Positions 7,801-10,097 of a DNA stretch of 10,097 nt are shown piece after piece. Location: positions 1-10,097 of the forward strand of contig CAWHMU010000024.1 in NCBI GenBank assembly GCA_963830365.1, in the 5' to 3' direction. A model generated the notes under the pieces. The model had not been told where the DNA came from, did no database searches, and saw nothing but the letters and a program-made list of their open reading frames with translations. Made by a program: the position numbers and the translations under genes. Position 1 is the first letter of the stretch. Each line of letters begins with the position of its first letter. This DNA is from an uncultured Chlamydiae bacterium. GTDB taxonomy: Bacteria; Chlamydiota; Chlamydiia; Chlamydiales; Parachlamydiaceae.

Positions 7801-9472
7801 GATAAAGGGGCGCATGCGTAGTCTGCTGAGTGATCCATGCCTCTTCATTAGGAGTGGCGGCGACCCACACATCAGCATTTTGGAAAATGAACGGCAAAAC
7901 AGAGGATGAGAATTTTTTATACAATTTATCATGGAACTGGCGCCGTATGATCAGTTCATTGCTATCCTGTCCTTTATCAGAGATACTCACACGATAATGG
8001 TTGCCGCGTTTATCACTGAATTCAAAGGTGTCTTTTTGGATCTGATGGGCAGCAAAGGTGGTTTCTTGCTGAAAGAGATCGGTGAAGGTTTTGTGGGTAG
8101 TGATACAGGCCGGCAGGATGCTAAGCTGGGCATGATTGGCATATATCCTGCCCCTGCGGGCATCGATGGTATAGGATCCGTCTGCCGTACTACAAAGTGG
8201 AAACTTGGCGGTATCCCATGCTTGCCTGGCAGCCTCAGGATAGAAGGCACGCAAGACTTGGTCTAAAATATCCCCATCGGTCTTGAAAATAGCCGCATGC
8301 AGCTCATCATTTCTCTCACGCAAAGCATCGCGTGTTTCGATTTCAACAAACGTATCCTTCTGCATTTCACCAGGATCAAATAACGATAGCTGGATGCTGC
8401 TTATCAAAAAGTCTGCCGTCTCCTCGGCCGTCAAGCTTTTTCGGCTGGTATAGTAGGCTACCAATTCGCGATGCAGGGCATGCTGAATTATTCTGGGCAG
8501 GTCCGCCCGGGCTTGCAGCTTCTTAATATCCTGCCGCGTATCAAAAAAACCGGCCTTAAAATGTGCCGGAAAAGATGGCGCCATTTCTCCTTGCACCCCT
8601 GCCACATAGTCGGCCAAGCGCCGGTTGATTTGGAGATAGAACAGGGCGGTATCCAGAGAGGGTGCGTCAGGCTGGAGGTTATCTTCCAGGCCCCGCTGGC
8701 AAAAAGCCGCTAGCTGACTGACAAAGCTGTCAACTGATGAAGGCGTTTTCATTTCCTCCAATAAGAGGGTGCTATCGAACATCAGAATATTGAATATATC
8801 GCGATAAGCCTTTTCAGCCAGCAGATGTGGCTGCTGTTTGAAATAACCCAAAGTTCCCTGAACCTGCAACTGCCGCCTGCTGCTCAATCCCAGCAGCTGG
8901 CGCATCTGTTGCAGAGAAAACTCCTGCCTAGCCTTTTCAGAAAGGCCCAGGTTATCAGGCTGCGCAATGCCAATCTCATTCGGCGACAAGCGGCGGCGTT
9001 CAGTTATCTTTTTATTTTTTTCATATTCTTTTCTTTGTATTGGTTTTCCTCTTTGGAATAATTCTAAAATTTCCTTATTGAAAATCTCCGAGGTCGTGAG
9101 TTTCAAATGAAATTCAGGCCAGACAGCTTTGCCTCGACTTATTTTATCAGCTGTGTCCATGTAAAAGTCAAATGAGTGATCATCTTCCTTGGAATCGACA
9201 ACCTTGTTGTAATAGTAATAATCTACCCCATCCCCATCGGATTCGTAGTTTGAGATAAATATATTCTTAAAAATTATAAACTCACCTTTATCTCCATCAT
9301 AACCACAAAAAAAATTCTTGCGAAAGTTAGATTCAAGTCTATCGTATAAAGGATGACTGAAAAAACCTGTCAAGAGATAATCCGTATAATGGGACATTTC
9401 CGCCAAGTCGAAGAAGGAGTGGGGGAGTATATTTTTTGGCTTTTCACCTTCCGGTAATTGGGAGTGGGTCAA
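1859..9472 (-). CDS. Giant DUF3638/DUF3645-type protein with an SF2 (SecA-like) P-loop ATPase module; downstream part of an interrupted ORF, true start uncertain
   Basis: Uninterrupted frame of 2,537 codons. Motifs in order: FEYYMNVLLRKDQ (Q-motif-like, ~5270-5305); Walker A EMIMGAGKTS (GAGKT 5182-5168); Walker B MIDEVD (DEVD 4759-4748); DUF3645-like HYG...LAVPY....P...SQF (~4200-4310); motif III GMSGT (3841-3827); motif V DQEHTTGSDIK (3400-3368); motif VI QAVWRLR (3304-3284); a charged tract (~2680-2725); C-terminal AKFFRGDSNY. The TTG at 9472 has no Shine-Dalgarno and sits one codon after an in-frame TAA. Confidence 0.85.
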   Translation of the reverse strand: MTHSQLPEGEKPKNILPHSFFDLAEMSHYTDYLLTGFFSHPLYDRLESNFRKNFFCGYDGDKGEFIIFKNIFISNYESDGDGVDYYYYNKVVDSKEDDHSFDFYMDTADKISRGKAVWPEFHLKLTTSEIFNKEILELFQRGKPIQRKEYEKNKKITERRRLSPNEIGIAQPDNLGLSEKARQEFSLQQMRQLLGLSSRRQLQVQGTLGYFKQQPHLLAEKAYRDIFNILMFDSTLLLEEMKTPSSVDSFVSQLAAFCQRGLEDNLQPDAPSLDTALFYLQINRRLADYVAGVQGEMAPSFPAHFKAGFFDTRQDIKKLQARADLPRIIQHALHRELVAYYTSRKSLTAEETADFLISSIQLSLFDPGEMQKDTFVEIETRDALRERNDELHAAIFKTDGDILDQVLRAFYPEAARQAWDTAKFPLCSTADGSYTIDARRGRIYANHAQLSILPACITTHKTFTDLFQQETTFAAHQIQKDTFEFSDKRGNHYRVSISDKGQDSNELIIRRQFHDKLYKKFSSSVLPFIFQNADVWVAATPNEEAWITQQTTHAPLYHIEPVKQGAAAGTSVIHQLDEKGEKTGLVVMDISCRDAPFSFLRRFEDPSHIIILQEAATGMARSIELSRYGITFNVEKISAKGYGMGREKAQWRAVSALLDDFQLAGTQGVASLAKFEDYLVLEKPTATGDVQRRVIISDSSFGGVERGLVPEAVRQSGSRSQKKQLFAYDVNVQSGLLEPRSEAARLMLARNYLWVHDYDQAKKYLYGFGSQLQPLSMQEKAILFDIAKLNENNKDPHPKAAALRLKALVLLFADHEDHYKPSSIDSQDQEPLEEILNAVFNRKTEEKTPNALGEKVFKMLYEGYPNYLENLEYLGDFKLSVQEEVLLLKLLDTEMIKKKQNNVQAVLANRIRTLAKESYDRLQPLPANMLQWVQTYFERLPFYQYGRPSTLNCEKDKWIGNLINSLKRDESRRQAASILKPTLLQDFPYYYRALSHPSELTRDHLIKLVSKMAGTDYATTDLTADALWQVVRKTLAIKLAGEDEYESMTALVLRSLLNYVLQWRPTFPQSLGIDFPPAEEVINACNTLSSSSDNYTANESATGVIGSVFEIAQRFNMDIQSALPQGSMMDVEAPSATARTPQQIEGMCLNLLDHPFGSKAVVANLQEYLIKKDAPSQNLLPNTPPGKAELLDVFSVSAGDAATKRELQRIKALVAGAKLSKEEAPSIYAVKDFARLHSLKLDLQQTLAQGRTALAEKHLKIEALANQPFPDRALQAAREVRIVAVVERPIDIDEALRLFLHADTAFYRQRNPALTDQDVVALVNTVQAYLAAATYQQHLARFVAAIEQLERFRDAKAPAEDLQQAVQEVAAIATSYRAYSVAKHPQYLVFEYYMNVLLRKDQAANLAKLKLNDGKVGAPQHLGAVLEMIMGAGKTSVILPLLSLLNADGEQLAIALLPDALMTSMAPELQKTLGQSFEQVLEVFEFDRDSRLDNAKLQRIYERLERIRGERKLLLMKNSSLQSLYLKFAEKLDIYTSNVLSGKAEQASVMQEIRLFQKIFGLLKASGNVMIDEVDTVLDVLKSFHYTVGASKSLDPVYSNALTDLYLFLATDANVNQSVRLGFTDFACAIPFSKEHYDATVKPMLTRALLEGRIGAQNKPLQAFLAKLSGKERLQLEDFLMNRPGQAGGGLIERQAAPYVQDLLALYKEEFNELLPLTAQKNLNEHYGKNPDKLSDHLAVPYHHSKPNPTSQFGTEVEVLNYSIQMHLASGLPQDIIEKEIARLQLLLLSERKKFATKPIKALDSYQKFLQLTGGVTRYNINKLSADDLKAITKIVNTNRQLQIELIKNYVVPEIKVYATQLNADAQMFGLLFKHTQGMSGTLWNVDTFPKQMQLAYPSDTTAKTLNLLWQNSPPHVETIDMPSAGGAKNRQGIKDLLAKIYSRQGLPNGSFIDTAGMFRDVANRADVAEAMLRLDCWQGTDIKGVAFYDGQNKLMVMTLVDGRPHSVELARSSLTKEEIVAFWDQEHTTGSDIKLGARMTAVVSVGRHTLLRDLLQAVWRLRGLDKAQRVNFLVTAEDREIIKTTLKQSMAISVNGELELKHLILYVINNQAERQGNDNYRSFKQKMQAHLLEKVLAVALDPNLPETDLSQLFDGCRELFSSIMTARPFELYGKTASTDAREKVVAADVADFLNSKAMQTFRSLSLLKGKFDSQAIEREIRALAEAELKLLPDRLVQSARYGRQRTVQVEKESETQKEVETKKERAVYPANPGKFRPPTNWELKDLFTNSYFTPKSFDSDLSLFIDSSTRKFFSGIGTPLWLMNHFSGILGDARPVFSVQDAFKNTPELARGGSRFDSRLLFSLNLWPETERLVDSTPFGFAQKEADYALAIEDKQTGGLRLMLLDNDDAAAFKTMLQDDSLNPDKGQKRELRLTLYHFDSGTLVQGKEGIAAERFEKDGKLLTLKVQAKFFRGDSNYSRQELVQLEKWLKGADTKALYELFMQKILLWKDESRAHYFDSPLHQLFIKLGAAESLV

Positions 9473-9475
9473 AAA

Positions 9476-10096
9476 TTAGGAGCTGGTCTGCCATGAAAGG
9501 GCCTGCGCAGCCTGCTCTTCGAACTTTTCATTCAGAAGCTCAGGGTAGTTTTTGGCAATTTCAGCTTGAATGTGATCTTGCTTTATCCATTCGACCACCC
9601 AGTACACAAAAGGTGGGACCGGTAGAAAATTGGTGGAATCATCCCCCCAAACTTGTGATGTTTGCCCAGCTGGATATTCTTCAAAATTGAAAAAACTTTT
9701 TTCTTTAATTTTAAAACCGGGCTGGGCCCAATACGCTTTAATAGCGGCGGCCTCAAGCGCCCATGCCGGGTCGAAAATGGCAAAATGCAGCGAACCATTA
9801 TCCAGGAAAAGGTCAAAAGATTGTTGACGTAGACTCGGCAGTTCAAAACCCAGTGTTTTGGCATGCTGGCGGGCTATTTTGTCCGATATGGTAAGGAATT
9901 TGACCAGTGTCAAAAAGTCCGTAGGCTTAACCTGCATGGACCGATTGGCATCCGCTTGACCGATATGTAGCTGGTTGGTAACAAAATCGCGGCTCAGCAC
10001 TGCAAACGTTTTTAATAGCCGGGGAGCCTGACTGCCGTCCAGCTGTTGCCAGAAGGCGGCATGCTCAAGGGGAATTTTTAGGGCAAATTCCTTAAT
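9476..10096 (-). CDS. Upstream segment of the same giant protein (partial; frame open to the window edge)
   Basis: I translated the frame beyond the listed GTG at 10000. It has no stop up to 10096 (IKEFALKIPLEHAAFWQQLDGSQAPRLLKTFAVLSRDF...). It is in the same frame as the 2537-aa ORF and ends at TAA 9478-9476. Confidence 0.7.
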   Translation of the reverse strand: MKEFALKIPLEHAAFWQQLDGSQAPRLLKTFAVLSRDFVTNQLHIGQADANRSMQVKPTDFLTLVKFLTISDKIARQHAKTLGFELPSLRQQSFDLFLDNGSLHFAIFDPAWALEAAAIKAYWAQPGFKIKEKSFFNFEEYPAGQTSQVWGDDSTNFLPVPPFVYWVVEWIKQDHIQAEIAKNYPELLNEKFEEQAAQALSWQTSS

Positions 10097-10097
10097 A

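Larger units (their letters stand above)
1859..10096 (-). pseudogene. Alternative reading: a single giant gene disrupted by one nonsense codon (or by a sequencing/assembly error)
   Basis: The minus strand reads ...cag acc agc tcc TAA ttt ttg acc cac... Both sides are in the same frame, with no intergenic spacer and no RBS. No other stop or frameshift occurs in about 8.2 kb. Confidence 0.5.

Noticed and set aside
1901..9061. Numerous 60-160 aa + strand ORFs and short alternate-frame - strand ORFs
   Set aside because: All overlap the giant gene, have no recognisable motifs and look like typical antisense shadow ORFs of a GC-rich coding frame.
9343..9373. Minus-strand perfect TTGACA (9373-9368) as an internal promoter rescuing the downstream part
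   Set aside because: The best -10 (TATACG) needs a 19-nt spacer and lacks the final T. Such matches are expected by chance in an AT-rich block, and the next ATG has no SD.
9001..9390. Diversity-generating retroelement variable region, intein or IS insertion
   Set aside because: No template repeat, reverse transcriptase, intein terminal motifs, transposase, inverted repeats or target-site duplication is visible in the window.
9476..9478. Alternative genetic code, or selenocysteine/pyrrolysine recoding, as the explanation of the internal stop
   Set aside because: The codon is TAA, not TGA or TAG. It occurs once in about 2,745 codons, and TAA terminates the barrel gene right after its canonical terminal Phe.
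9424..9690. + strand 84-aa ORF (9436-9690) with GGAG upstream, spanning the internal stop
   Set aside because: It has a TTG start, is antisense to the long frame and has no recognisable protein features; most likely chance.

Overview
Bacterial DNA of moderate GC that is almost fully coding. The gene content suggests the PVC superphylum, possibly an environmental chlamydia; this is inference only. The + strand carries two genes. The first is the 3' end of a BBP7-type outer-membrane beta-barrel gene (1-339). The second encodes a secreted, single-chain two-lobed pepsin-like aspartic protease with a C-terminal bacterial Ig-like domain (probable start 397, end 1845). On the - strand, one reading frame runs from beyond the window end (10096) down to 1859, about 2,745 codons, interrupted by a single in-frame TAA at 9476-9478. 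It encodes a giant DUF3638/DUF3645-type protein whose C-terminal half has a complete, strikingly SecA-like superfamily-2 ATPase motif set. The gene is compositionally mosaic, with sharp AT-rich blocks. I saw no RNA genes, CRISPR arrays, transposases or long repeats. All family assignments come from motif recognition by eye, not from database searches.
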